NCBI GenBank assembly: GCA_002104905.1
Contig: MCFE01000115.1
Span: 1 to 64,000, forward strand
Direction of reading: 5' to 3'
DNA length: 64,000 nucleotides
DNA from: Basidiobolus meristosporus CBS 931.73
Taxonomy: Eukaryota > Fungi > Basidiobolomycota
Part shown: piece after piece, positions 9,844-22,529 of the stretch
Layout: every line of letters starts with the position of its first letter
Position numbering within the stretch: the stretch's first letter is position 1
Program-made: the position numbers and the translations under genes
The notes under the pieces: model-generated
Told to the model about the DNA's origin: nothing
Database searches by the model: none
Seen by the model: only the letters and a program-made list of their open reading frames with translations

Positions 9844-11235
9844 ATGGTGTGGTTGAAATTGGTCATGAGAACGAACACATCACCCAACTCTGCCACACTT
9901 AGTGAGAGGCCTCGCCAAACTAACGAGTTCAGCAATCCAGAAGAGTTCAAAACCCCACCACTCTCTTCCCTGATAGTAATCCTCGTCTGTAACTTCCTCT
10001 TCAACGTCTCTTTCTATATTATAGTGCCTACTGTCACCGGTTATGCCGACTCACTAAAAGCTGATGCTATCTTCGGAGGCCTAGCAATTGGGTGTGTCAC
10101 CTTTGCTTCCATGCTAACCTTAGTGCCCATCAGTCGGCTCTACCCACACCACTATCGCCCGCCACTAGATATCGCTTGTCTAACTCTATTCGTGGGCCAT
10201 GTTTTGTATGCTCTGGCCGACTATACGCAGTTCCTGTATCTGATACTAATAGGACGACTGGTGAACGGCATAGGGTTCACAGGCTGGATGTTCGTCAAAA
10301 AGTACGTCACCGATGGCAATTTGGTTGGTATTAGGCGGCGGACGCTGCTCAGCTCTTTTCTCGTGACCACCCAAGCTGTGGGGATGGTGGTGGGTCCTTT
10401 GCTGGGAGGATTTCTCTCCAGAATGCGCTGGAATTCCGAGGTCAATCCAACTGTCCAACGACTGTTCAATCAATACACAATGCCGGGATGGGTAATGGCG
10501 GTGGTGTGGCTGCTTTTTTGGATTGCCGTGCGCATCTTCTTCAAAGAGGCCCCTCCCCCGAGTTGCTCGATTGATATCGTGGAGAAGCAGAGCGTCGATA
10601 CGGAGAAAGAGGCTCGAGAGCTTTCGTTTACCACACAAAAGCCCAACAAGTATCAATACATGTGCGCTGCACTAATGTGCTTCTTGGCCACTACGGTGTT
10701 CTTGGAGCTTGGGGCTTGGGAATCGAATGTCCCACTGCTGGGCGGCGAGTACTTTAACTGGAACGAGTACAATAGCGGGGTCTTCATTGGCTTGATAGGA
10801 CTGGCTACGTTTCCGTTCGTTTTTCCTTTAAGCTTCCTGGCAAAGCGAGTCCAGGACAGGTTTACTTTAGTGGCCGGCATATGTATAGCTATGGCCGGGT
10901 TAATCCCACAGCTGGTCATTTTGTCAAAGGAAAGGCTGACTTTGGTTTCGTATTCGGCTTGCTGGTTTCTGGTCTGTTGGGGATTTAGCTTGATCAGCAC
11001 CATCACGCTCTCACTCCTCTCGAAAATCCTTCCTGACAAATACAACACCAGAACAAGCGTCATCATTCAATACGCAAACTATCTGGGTAGACTTACTGGA
11101 GCAGTGTGGGGCACCGCAGCAAACAAGGTAGTCGGTGGCATCATCACCATATATGCAGTGGAGATACTGTTCCCATGCATTGCATTGATTGCCATTGCCC
11201 TGCTGTGGCCGCACCTGAAAGCAAAGACCGGCTAG
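9844..11235 (+). CDS. Major facilitator superfamily transporter, intronless
   Basis: 463-aa ORF with about 12 hydrophobic segments; LILIGRLVNGIG and GMVVGPLLGG motifs. Confidence 0.88.
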   Translation: MVWLKLVMRTNTSPNSATLSERPRQTNEFSNPEEFKTPPLSSLIVILVCNFLFNVSFYIIVPTVTGYADSLKADAIFGGLAIGCVTFASMLTLVPISRLYPHHYRPPLDIACLTLFVGHVLYALADYTQFLYLILIGRLVNGIGFTGWMFVKKYVTDGNLVGIRRRTLLSSFLVTTQAVGMVVGPLLGGFLSRMRWNSEVNPTVQRLFNQYTMPGWVMAVVWLLFWIAVRIFFKEAPPPSCSIDIVEKQSVDTEKEARELSFTTQKPNKYQYMCAALMCFLATTVFLELGAWESNVPLLGGEYFNWNEYNSGVFIGLIGLATFPFVFPLSFLAKRVQDRFTLVAGICIAMAGLIPQLVILSKERLTLVSYSACWFLVCWGFSLISTITLSLLSKILPDKYNTRTSVIIQYANYLGRLTGAVWGTAANKVVGGIITIYAVEILFPCIALIAIALLWPHLKAKTG

Positions 11236-11420
11236 GAAAATACTGTCAATAAAATTTTGCTTGCATATCCTCGAAGTACGGTTGAAGTATCGTTCCTTTA
11301 TTCTATGGACAAAAGCATGCAAAGTTTGGTTTGGCCATTGGGTTGTTGTGAAAAATGAGATATGGAGGTTGTATAACACCAAGAAGCTGGCAACACACGT
11401 ATATGCATATGCATGTGCAT

Positions 11421-11723
11421 TTACCAAGTGCTCTTAATGACACCGGGGAGCTGTCCTCTGAGGGCTTGGAGTCTGAATTCGAAACGGCAGAGTCTGAAGT
11501 CACGGAATACACCACGGCCTCTGCCAGTTTCGAGACAGCGGTTCTTGATGTTGACTGATCTGGCCGCTCTAGGGAAATTATTCAATGCGAGTTGGGCCTG
11601 CATGCGAACTCGGGTAGGATAGGTTTCGTTCCGAACAATATAGCGATAGGCCTGTCTGGTGAGCTCGTTTTTGGCCATGCAGACTCTGGCTTGCATATCT
11701 CTGAGAATACGTCCTTGAGGCAT
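11421..11723 (-). CDS. MRP2: Mitochondrial ribosomal protein S14 (uS14m)
   Basis: RILRDMQAR...IKNRCLETGRGRGVFRDFRLCRFEFR..ALRGQLPGVIKSTW. Confidence 0.92.
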   Translation of the reverse strand: MPQGRILRDMQARVCMAKNELTRQAYRYIVRNETYPTRVRMQAQLALNNFPRAARSVNIKNRCLETGRGRGVFRDFRLCRFEFRLQALRGQLPGVIKSTW

Positions 11724-12193
11724 TTTGTATTATCCACTAATCTCCAGGAGAAGGTTGCTCTGTTCGAGTGGTTTTTCCTCTAAATGTGCCCACCTGCAAC
11801 ACTCTTGAAATCAAAAATTTTGAGGGCTGCCTCGGATCGCTTGAAAGGGCCCAGTATTTTAAGATTGATACGATGTTCGTTTAAATTAGCTCAACATCCG
11901 AATCATGCTAACCGCTCTCCAACCTGCCCCATTCGTCAGAGCCTCTAGATTCCAATTTTCCGGAATGATAAGTGCCCAGTGACACTTCCCATTATAGTGC
12001 TTATCTTATTAACATTCTACTACCCTCCCAACCTGGTCGAAACAAAACTCTCCGCCGCGTTACTTCCGCAACTAGGCTGATCTTTTCCTCGGAAGCATGT
12101 CAACACTTCCTCAGCGAAGCCAAGAAATGGTTGATTCTTTTCCCAATTCAAATCCAACCAAAATAATACTTGACACCGGCGAATGTAGCTATC

Positions 12194-14603
12194 ATGACTC
12201 ACCAACTCTCATCTCGACACCTGGCTTGTAAAACCCTCCTACCTTTATGTGAGCATAGATTGCAAGGACTGACCAAACCACCTTGTAGGGATACTGATCA
12301 TGTTGACTGTATGAGCTCATTCGACTCTAGCGCTGTGGAGGATAATTTAACCGATGTAAAGTCAGATACAGACACCTTGTTATTTTCAGTGTGTTGAAGT
12401 TTTTCATTGCATTAGAACAGCTTATCCTCTGACGAAGAGAAATCCCATATTGAAAATGCAATGTCACCATTTAGAGCGTGGTGCTACCGATTCTTTGTAA
12501 TAAGCGAGAATTGGCAAGTTAGTAGCAGGTTTCGTGACACCCGCGATGAACGTGAATACTTAACCCTCTCCAGGCTAGACTCTTTTATCTGGTCTCTCAC
12601 ATCCTACTGCTTCTCATGGTGATTTCCTTTTGCCTGGAAACCATCCCTTCTGTGTACCAGACTGAATCGAACGAGTGGATCATGTAAGCATGCATTTTCT
12701 TGTACTAGTTGGTTGGTTGATGGCTCAAACATTGCACCATTAGATTCTCCAAAACCCTGGATATTGCGCTTCTTGTCATCCTTTCATTGGAGTTTGTGGG
12801 AAAACTGTATGGGTGGCCAAAGCGATGGAGATTTTTTCTAAGTAGGCTCGGCGTTTTCAGTTCAATATATGGAAATTGGGCTAATTTGTAACCCACCATA
12901 GATTACAAGAATATACTTGACCTGCTCACCATCATCCCGTTCGTCATCGTGACATTTTTCGAATCAGTGGCTTCTTCGGTAGGTTAGCTTGGAATCTTGT
13001 AAACCTCTCTTGCAAACTAACCATATCAATAATTAGTACTTCTTCCGAGTTCTCCGTCTTTTAAAAGTGTTCACATTACTCAAGATCTTCCGGGTCAATC
13101 AATATTCCCCCGGCATCTATGTACTTACCTCGCATCTTTAAGTTGTTCAGCGCACGGATCTTTTAAACTCACACATGTTGACTAGGTCACCACTCACGCC
13201 ATCAAACGAAGCGTTATCCAGATATTGGTTGTCTCTCTGTACCTTATAGTGGCAATCTTGATCTCTTCCAGCTTGGTGTTTTTTGTGGAGCAAAGTGAAT
13301 ACGACAAAGCGAACCGAGTGTGGGTACGTGAAGTCAATGGCCAGCTGGAACCCAGGTAAGCGCACTCCTTACTAACCCAATTCGGACTCTACTAACCAAA
13401 TCAAAGCCCGTTTCAGTCGATTGTGCATGCATTCTACTGGTCAGTCGTCACTCTAACAACTACCGGTTATGGTAAGCATAGAAATCCCGTCGGTGAATGT
13501 CATCCACCATGCTTAACGACCTACCCAAGGCGATGTAGTTCCCGTCACCAACCTTGGCAAGATGATTGCAGGATTCACCATGATCTGTGGGGTTTTGGTA
13601 ACGAGTTCAAACCGCCACTGTTCACTGCCGTGTGCCTTCTAAGCCAACCATTATCTAGGTGATTGCCTTGCCAACATCCATCATAGGATCCAACCTGGTG
13701 TCTGAATGGGAAAATTACAACCGACTCAAATTCCAGGCAGAGTTCAAGCAGCTGAAAAGACAGACATCCCTGCGCTCACTGCGAGAGAAAAGGATCAAGG
13801 ACAAAGCTTTGCGCCACCAAAATCGACAAATGATGAATCTGATCTCGGAAATTCAGGAACGGCTTTATGATGTAGGTCAGAGGTCATCCTTCACAGCGGC
13901 TCCACCACTAACCACCCCTCAACCTAGGTTAATCCGCCTCACTATTACCTCAAATACAAACGCCTTGCTAACAAGTATCTCGATATGAAGCACAAAGTGG
14001 CCTTGCTTAGAGGCGGAAGTGGAGAGATACAGAAAAAATGCGCATCGGACTAGCGTTGTTGATCAACCAAATGAAGCCAATGTATCCAACTTCCTCCTAC
14101 CCTTCCGTAGATTTCGAACCGAGTCCAGCGTTCGAGTAGATAAGCTCAATGCACCTACCCCCCGCAGACGATCCATATTCCAAACATTCATCCCTAGTAG
14201 TGGTGCATCAGATGTCCCGGAAGCCAGTCGCAGAGAAAACTCTAGAAGAATGTCCACCAACACGTTCCCGGACGCTCAGGGAATCCCCATCACTTCTGAT
14301 ATCAATTCCTTGTCACAACCTCCTTCTGACAACCAAAACAGACATTTCCACCCACTGAAATGCTCCCAAACCGACCACTCGATTACCTACTCGCTCTCCA
14401 ATAACATCGCCCCGAAGCACATCGAGAAGAGCACCATTTCTTCGCCGTTTGCGCCCCGACTTTATTCGGACTATACCCCGTCGGATCGTCATTCTCAGCT
14501 GCTCAGCGACTCAACATTACTTCCTCCACCAGCTACCTCCGGTCCATCTGCCAGCTTAAACACAACGCACTCTGAACAACATAGGCTCTCCATCGACCCC
14601 TAA
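12194..14603 (+). CDS. Six-TM voltage-gated K+ channel (Shaker/Kv-like), multi-exon; start uncertain
   Basis: S3 ILDLLTIIPF; S4 FRVLRLLKVFTLLKIFRV; pore FYWSVVTLTTTGYG|D (intron inside the filter); S6 GKMIAGFTMICGVL|VIALPTSIIGSN; coiled-coil and low-complexity tail. Confidence 0.85.
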
Positions 14604-14805
14604 TATCCCCGCCCCTTCTCCCCTCCACGCTATACTCTACAATCACTCACAAGAAACATCATCCACAGCAACATAGACGCCATAGAATATAGAGAACCAC
14701 CCTCGAGTAATCAATTTTTGAGAATCTTTTATTAATATTAAAAAAATGCTACGTAGAATTCCTCTATATATTCACAGTTCTAACGATGAAATGAGTTGGT
14801 GCCAC

Positions 14806-17800
14806 TTACAAGCCAAGTAATTTGAGTGCCAATGCTTCTTGATCTTCCAGAGTAGCTGGCTCCTCCACTTGCAAGATCTTTTGTCGTTTGGATGGTGGTC
14901 CGGAGCGTTCCAAGCTTCCCGTTCCCTTGGTGCCGCGTTTGTATGATTTACTGGGCTCCGGTTCGCTCTCGGATTCCTCGCTCTCCGACTGCTCTTCCTC
15001 GGAGCTCTCTTGCTCGTCATCGTCGTCCTCGGAGTCATCATCTGCACCACCGAGTGTGACGACGGCCCCTTCCGAGTCACTCTCCTCCTCCAGAGCTTTG
15101 GCCTTGAGCTTCTTCTCAAGCTTCTTGGCACGGCGTTTCTCACGCTCGTATTGTCTATCGGTGAGATCTGCCTCCTTCATGACCTCCAAGGTTTGGTTGA
15201 GGTACTCCTTCTGTTTCTCCTTCACGTCGCCATCCTTCATGAAGCTGTCCAGTGATTCGAGTTCGTAGATAGGGTGGGCCTGTTGCATAGCAATGGGGTT
15301 TAGCGCGTGAAAAATGTTCCTGATGCTGACGGACACGTACCACTCCCTCGTCATCAAACACGAGTTTCTCGTTGTTGGGGGCATCTCTCAATGCCTTCTT
15401 CTTAAGCTTGAGCAGCTGCTTCTTACTAAGCTCCACAACGTTCTTAGGTGGCAACTAAATGAGCGGAAACCGTCGGTAAGTCGGGTGCGTTCTCTCAAGC
15501 AACCATGGAGTGAATAACTTACGCCAGGGGTAGATTCGAGATCATGATCCTTTCTTTTGAGGGTGATGAAGTCATCTTCTTCCGCGTCTTCCTCGTCTTC
15601 ATTGTCATCTTCGATGAGTTTGGTGTAATGCTCCGAAAGGATGTTTTGGTTCTTTCGGTTGAACATCTTCTCAACCTTGGTAACTGGTTTGGCGGGCTAG
15701 ATTATTATCAAAACGGTAAGCTTCCTTCTCTTCAACTGAGGGCGATCTGTATATCAACTCACTTTCTCCTCCTCCTCCTCCTCCTCTTCTTCCTCGCTCT
15801 CTGACATGCCTTGAGGAGTGGTTGGCTTTTGACGAACCGCGTTCTTGGCGTCCGATTTCTATTCAAAGAACTTGTGTTTAGTCAAAGAGCACAGGTACTG
15901 CGCGCACATGTCGATTCTTACCTTGATAAACTTGATCTTGGGAGCACCTGGAAGTCCAAGAGAGGTGGCGAACTCCTCACCTGGGAGGCTGTTCACGTCA
16001 AAGATATCCTTGTTACGTTGAAGGTAAACAGATCTCATATACGAGACAAAGGCCTGTCGAACACAATGATTAGCTTGAACGGTTCCATCCGAAGGGGAAG
16101 AGGGGCCTGTGTACCTTTTGGGCAAGATATTTGATCTCGGGGTCTTGGAAACAGAATGATTGCAGCTGGTTGGCAACAGACACGGTTTTACTGGCCTTCA
16201 CCTTGATATTCTCGATGGGAACCTTTTTCTTCGTCAACGCTTCGATCATTCCCTTCTCTTCCGAAGGCAGCAAGAAAAGCAGTGCGTGACCAACGGAGTC
16301 GTATCTGGCAGTTCGGCCTACACGATGGATATAGGTCTCCGCATCTTCTGGACAGTCGACCTGAATAACCCAATCAACCGCAGGGAAATCGAGACCACGC
16401 GCAGCAATATCGGTGGCGAACAAGAAGGCAGACTTCATGGTACTGAACTTGTTGAAGATCTCCACTCTCTTGGTCTGCTTCTGCTTTCCATGGAGATGCA
16501 TGAGGGGAACACCAGGGTGCATCTTACAGAAGGTCTCAAAGGCAAATCGCACCTAAAGCAAAGAGAAAATAAGGATGCGTTCGAGGAATGCTACTGCTTA
16601 GTGGAACTTACTTGTTTACAACTAGAGAGGAACACAAGCGCCTTGGCCTGAAGATGCGACTTGATAAATGAAAAGAGGATATCCAACTTCTGAGGAAGCT
16701 CGCAGACAAGGTAATGCTGCTGGAGCTTCTGGGGAGTACTGTGCTCCGACTTCTCATGGACAGCCACATACTCCGGGTCCTATAGGGGTAAAAATTAGCC
16801 GCCGCATCGCAACAGCACCCTGGGGCTACTCATACCTTCAGACTGAGTCTAGCTAAGTCCCGGACTGATTTGGTTTGTGTTGCCGAGAAGAGAAGGGTTT
16901 GACGCTCCTTAGGAAGGTTGTCGATAATTGCATTCAAAGTCTTCTCGAAACCCATATCCAAAATACGATCGGCCTCGTCGAGAACTGTCACGCGCGATGA
17001 CCATTAGTTTAGCTCGTGCTGAGAAACGGGTGTGCAAACACCTACCAAGAACCTGAAGATTGTCACAGTCGAAGCCAGGCGTTTGATCCATGTGTTGCAA
17101 CAATCTACCGGGTGTGCAAACCAATATGTTCATTCTGTTGACTCTCTCTTGTTCCACGGTAAGATCCTTTCCACCGATGATAAGACCTGCAGAGAATGAG
17201 TGCTCCTTGCCAATCTTGCAAAGAACTTGGAAAATTTGAACTGCCTAAGGAGGTTCAACAAGGTCAACAAACGCTCTCGTGTATGGAAACTACCCTACCC
17301 ACCAATTCACGTGTAGGTGAGATCACCAAGGCACCAAGGCCATCGAACTGGCTCCACTTCTGTCTATAGAGGTTTTCGAGCAAGGGGACCAAGAAAGATA
17401 GAGTTTTTCCTGAGCCGGTCTTGGCGGCACCCAGAACATCTTTGCCACTTAAAGCAAGTGGGATCGCTTTTCTTTGAATGTCAGTTAGCTCGAGGAAATT
17501 TCCCTTCATTAAACCTGGAATTGCACGTGGGTTAATAGGTCGCCGAGAAACGGTCAGCCTTCATGACAAAAACACCCTACCATCTCTGGTCTTATTTGAA
17601 ATGGGTAAATCGGAGAACTTCTTGACATTCGCAAGATCCAACTACAACCCAAGTAAAGGACCCGGTCAATTCACTGCAAACCTCGAACAACGAATCTACC
17701 GAAAAGGGGAATTACCGAAACTCTGGTCCTGTCCTCGAGCTCCTTTATCTCCTCAAGCTCTGTTTGGCGCTTCTGCTTACGACGGTTAACGGTCTTAGGC

Positions 17801-17832
17801 TTGGGCTGGTTTTTCTGGTTTTGTTTAGCCAT
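14806..17832 (-). CDS. DBP4: DEAD-box RNA helicase DBP4/DDX10, multi-exon
   Basis: [10 protein letters not shown]; [10 protein letters not shown]; [16 protein letters not shown]; [26 protein letters not shown]; [10 protein letters not shown]; C-terminus [13 protein letters not shown]. Confidence 0.93.
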
Positions 17833-18202
17833 GGTATAACGAATAGCTGCACGAGAACCGCTCTACGCTGGTAAAGTAATCCACCTTTCGCAACGATGTG
17901 ACCATTCTTTCATATCGGAACTTTTTTTTTATTTCCATCTCCACTTAATCACACTGCACATCTTGATTTTTTTTCTTTTTGCTAACTACGGTCGATCCAT
18001 ATTGAGCAAGCCAGGTGGGATACCTCAGGATTTTTTTGCATCCTTTCGCTGAAGAGGAGATCGGGAGACAAACATGATTGGTGAGATTCAATGCTATGGG
18101 TTTAATGCTGAATGATATCGATTTATTCTAAATTGAACTTTCAAATTTAAACGTGGTTCTGATTAAATGCAAACATGTGGGAGGTGAACAGTGTCAAGCG
18201 AT

Positions 18203-19828
18203 TTAGCAGTGAATGGCTTGACCGTGGGCGGCCATACAAGCTTCCTTGAAAGCCTCACTCAAGGTGGGGTGAGCATGGCAGGTACGGGCAACATCCTCAG
18301 AGGAGGCTCCGTACTCCATGGCGAGAACGGCCTCGGAGATCATTTCTCCTGCGTTGGGGCCAATGATGTGGGCACCAAGGATGCGGTCGGTGTTGGCATC
18401 AGTGAGGATCTTGATCATACCCTCGGAATCATCGTTGGTCTTGGCACGGGAGTTGGCAGAGAAGGGGAAGGATCCGATCTTGTAGGTGACACCTTCCTTC
18501 TTCAATTGGTCCTCAGTCTTACCGCACCAGGCAACTTCGGGGTGGGTGTAGATGACGGATGGGATGACATCGTAGTTGACGTGGCCGTGACCACCAGCAA
18601 TGTACTCAACGGCAGCAATACCTTCCTCTTCGGCCTTGTGGGCCAACATGGCACCGTAGGTGACATCACCAATGCACTTGATGTGGGGATGGTTGGTCTT
18701 GAATTCGGAGTCGATCTTGACACGGCCTCTCTCGTCAACCTCGACACCAACGTTCTCCAAACCCAATCCCTCGGTGTAGGGGCGACGACCGATGGAGAGG
18801 AGGACAACGTCAGCCTCAAGAGACTCGCTCTTGCCACCTTGGGCAGCCTCGACGTTGACGACGACCTTGCCGTCCTTCTTCTCGGCGTTGATGACCTTGG
18901 TGTTGAGCTTGAACTTGAAGCCCTGCTTGCTCAAGGTCTTCTGGAAAGACTTGGCCAACTCGGAATCCATGCCACCACCGATGGCACCCATGTACTCAAC
19001 AACAGTGACCTCGGCACCAAGACGGCTCCAGACGGAACCCATCTCGAGACCAATGACACCGCCACCAATGACAATCATCTTTCCGGGAACCTTGTCCAAT
19101 GAGAGGGCTCCGGTGGAGGTGACAATTTGCTTCTCATCAACCTCAACACCAGGGAAGGGAGAGGGCTCGGATCCGGTGGCGATGATGATGTTCTTGGCAC
19201 GGAGCTTCTCGACCTTTCCGTCCAAAGTTTGAACCTCAATGTCGTTGGGGCCGGTGAATTTGCCGGTTCCCTTGACGTAGTCGACCTTGTTCTTCTTGAA
19301 CAAGAACTCGATACCCTTGGTCAAGCCAGTGACCGACTTGGCCTTGGCCTTCATCAAGGTATCCAAGTTCAACTTGACACCCTCTACCTCGATACCACGC
19401 TTCTTGAGGTCGTGCTTGGTCTGGTGGTAGATGTGGGAGTTGTTCAACAAGGCCTTGGAGGGGATACAACCAACGTTCAAACAGGTACCACCCAAAGAAC
19501 CACGCTTCTCGATGCAAGCGGTCTTCAAACCCAATTGGGCAGCCTTGATGGCAGCGACGTAGCCACCTGGTCCACCACCAATGACAACGACATCATGCTC
19601 CTCTGTGGCAATATTTAGTATTTAGAGTCGACTCGCTGGCGCAGGAAGGCTCAACTAACCTTGGGTGCTGTAGAAACGACGGAAGGAGCCCAACGCAACG
19701 GGGGGTCTGATGGAAGCATAGCGAGCTTGAACCTAGGAAACAGTGGTCAACGGGGCCATCCTTTATTACACAGAGCACCGAACACTTACAGCGACGGAGG
19801 CGCTCTTGTTAGCAACAAGTTTGAACAT
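18203..19828 (-). CDS. LPD1: Dihydrolipoamide dehydrogenase (E3), mitochondrial
   Basis: [13 protein letters not shown] redox disulfide; IGGGVIGLE; HAHPTLSEA. Two introns within the presequence region; first exon [13 protein letters not shown]. Confidence 0.97.
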
Positions 19829-20847
19829 TTCGAGAATGGAGAAAGGAACAGCTGTACGAATTGGGGTAAGAAACCAAGCAGATTTTTATTAGAGCCCACT
19901 GAGAATGCGGGTTGGATGGCGCGGTGCCAATTCCATCTGTTGTACGAGATCCCCAAAAACAAATGAACAAATCAGAGATTAGATTAGGCCAACGTCGATT
20001 GAGGCGTAGGAAGGGCCTTCCGATTTATTCTCTTGCAAGTTCGAGCGGCAGGTTGTCGCTGAGTGATTATCACTGCTCGGCCAAGATCTTCACCTTGGGC
20101 CTGCTCACGTCAGAACAAGGGAGGGTTCGATCCCGGTCGCCCCAAAATTCTTTTCCTCGCCTTCTCTAAATACGGAGTGGCTTGTCAGGGTTAGGGGAGG
20201 GCTCAGGTACGGGGAGGGCTCAGGTACGGGCCAGGGCTAAAGTTGGCATGGTGCTAACTCCATGGCTGGTAGCTTGGGTTAGGGTTGGCAAGCCCATCGA
20301 TAATCCAATAGATGGATAATCAAGTGACCAGCATCTTATATCTCGCCACATCTTTGGCCTATATACGGCGAGGGTTGCTTACAGATGAATTTGAAACCAG
20401 TCTTTATATTGGTTGCTATTCCAACTCCTACTGATTATTGGTGCAACCTGTGGCTTGTCAGGCATAGATTGCAGCCATGGATGGGGGTAGCGGTTCAGAT
20501 AGATTAGGTCAGTACGACATGCGAGCACTAATAAGAATAACACAAGATTAACTCTGAAGATAATTTTCTTGTTACGCTGGTTACTTTTTGCACCGGTCGC
20601 CCCAAAATCTCACGCGATTAGCTTGCAACGTCCGATTCCCAACCCCGGGTTCACTCTGCCCGTTTTGGTCAAGATGAGGCATGTCCTAGCCCCAGAAATA
20701 CAAAGAAAAAGACTAGATAAACCAACCTCCGTCAAATCGAAAACGTTGCGTTCGTTTTCTTTTTAACGTCTCTCCTATCGTACCTTGGGCGTCAGTAAAT
20801 AATTCCTGATCCACACAGCAAACCTTTCCTTCCATTCTAATCAAACC
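19829..20847. promoter_or_regulatory. Divergent intergenic region (putative bidirectional promoter) between LPD1 and PDA1
   Basis: Head-to-head ATGs about 1 kb apart. Contains TTAGGG-like motifs, an 18-bp direct repeat (GGGGAGGGCTCAGGTACG) and three CCAAT boxes (20305, 20408, 20437). Confidence 0.6.
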
Positions 20848-22011
20848 ATGCTTCGTACTCTCGGTCGTCTCCAATCCATTGCCCCCAGAGTTGCCTCGGT
20901 CCGTGCTTTCAGCACCGGTTCCCCAGTTTTCCAACAGCACTCCTTCAAGCTCGAGGAGTCCGACTTCATCACCTACAACTGCGAGTCTCCCTCCCTCGAG
21001 GTTAGCTTCAGCAAGGATGAGCTCTTGCAGATTTACAGCGAGATGAACACTGTTCGTCGTCTCGAGATGGCCGCCGATGCCATGTACAAGGCCAAGATGA
21101 TCCGTGGTTTCTGCCACTTGTGCACTGGGCAAGAGGCCGTTGCCATTGGTATGGAGAAGGCCATCACCAAGAAGGATCATGTCATCACCTCCTACCGCTG
21201 CCACGGTTTCACCTGGATTCGTGGTGGTACCGTCAAGAGCGTCTTGGCCGAGTTGATGGGTCGTAAGGATGGTATTTCCCAAGGCAAGGGTGGCTCCATG
21301 CACATGTTCGCCAACCGTTTCTATGGTGGCAACGGTATCGTCGGTGCCCAGGTTCCTCTTGGCGCCGGCCTTGCCTTCACCTCCCAATACACCGAAGATG
21401 GCTCCTGCTCCTTCAGCCTGTACGGCGACGGTGCCGCCAACCAAGGTCAAGTTTTCGAGGCCTTCAACATGGCCAAGTTGTGGAACCTCCCCGCCGTCTT
21501 CGTCTGCGAGAACAACCTCTACGGTATGGGTACCTCCGCTCACCGCTCCAGCGCCAGCGTTGAGTACTTCAAGCGTGGTGACTACATCCCAGGTATCAAG
21601 GTCAATGGTATGGATGTCCTCTCCGTTTACCAAGCCTGCAAGTACGCTCGTGAATGGACCACCTCCGGCAAGGGACCTATCGTCCTTGAGATGCACACCT
21701 ATCGTTATGGTGGTCACTCCATGTCTGACCCCGGTACCACCTACCGTACCCGTGAGGAGGTCCAGACCATGCGCAGCACCAAGGACCCAGTCACCGGCTT
21801 GAAGAACCGTTTGTTGAGCGAAGGGATCGCCACCGAGGAGGAGCTGAAGGCCATCGAGAAGGAGTCCCGCAGATTTGTTGATGAGGAAGCGGCCGCTGCC
21901 AAGGCCTCCCCCGAGCCCGAGCTCAAGGAGCTCTGGACCGACATCTATGCCAAGGGCAGCGAGCCCAAGTTCCTTCGTGGCCGCCACAGTGAGGAGATCC
22001 ACAAGTACTAA
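20848..22011 (+). CDS. PDA1: Pyruvate dehydrogenase E1 alpha, intronless
   Basis: IRGFCHLCTGQEA; YGDGAANQGQ ThDP motif; TYRYGGHSMSDPGTTYRTREEV; mitochondrial presequence. Confidence 0.98.
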   Translation: MLRTLGRLQSIAPRVASVRAFSTGSPVFQQHSFKLEESDFITYNCESPSLEVSFSKDELLQIYSEMNTVRRLEMAADAMYKAKMIRGFCHLCTGQEAVAIGMEKAITKKDHVITSYRCHGFTWIRGGTVKSVLAELMGRKDGISQGKGGSMHMFANRFYGGNGIVGAQVPLGAGLAFTSQYTEDGSCSFSLYGDGAANQGQVFEAFNMAKLWNLPAVFVCENNLYGMGTSAHRSSASVEYFKRGDYIPGIKVNGMDVLSVYQACKYAREWTTSGKGPIVLEMHTYRYGGHSMSDPGTTYRTREEVQTMRSTKDPVTGLKNRLLSEGIATEEELKAIEKESRRFVDEEAAAAKASPEPELKELWTDIYAKGSEPKFLRGRHSEEIHKY

Positions 22012-22529
22012 ATTTCTGCCATACATCGTAGAGAAACATGGTGTCCAAAATCTGTCATACATTCAACATAGCCACATAGCATTCCTCCCTCATCGCAATG
22101 CTTTAATCCCCCGAAGATACTAAGACCTGATCATCTATTTTGTCCACATCAACCCATTTCATTAAAGCATCCAAAACCACCCACATCTCCCTCAAAATTT
22201 TCCTACCCCGACGATCATTGGCCCGCCACAAGACCAATCAGACGCTCCTGGTACACAAAAAGGTACGTTGACAGGTTTTTAATGGAAATGAATCCCCTTT
22301 CAGCTGCAGGGGTTGGATGGAAAGTGGCGGATTAGGAGACGGCCGCCCATTGGATGGCAGCGGTGTGGGGGAGTGGTGGTTGGGGACGGTGACAGGGGAA
22401 GTATGTGTGTAAGGGTTAGGGTTGGGTCAGCAATGCTACATCTACTTCGTTCAAGGCAAACGACGAACCATGGCATGAATGAAATATTTAATGAAAGAAT
22501 GAAATTGATGAGTGAACTAGCATAGCTGT

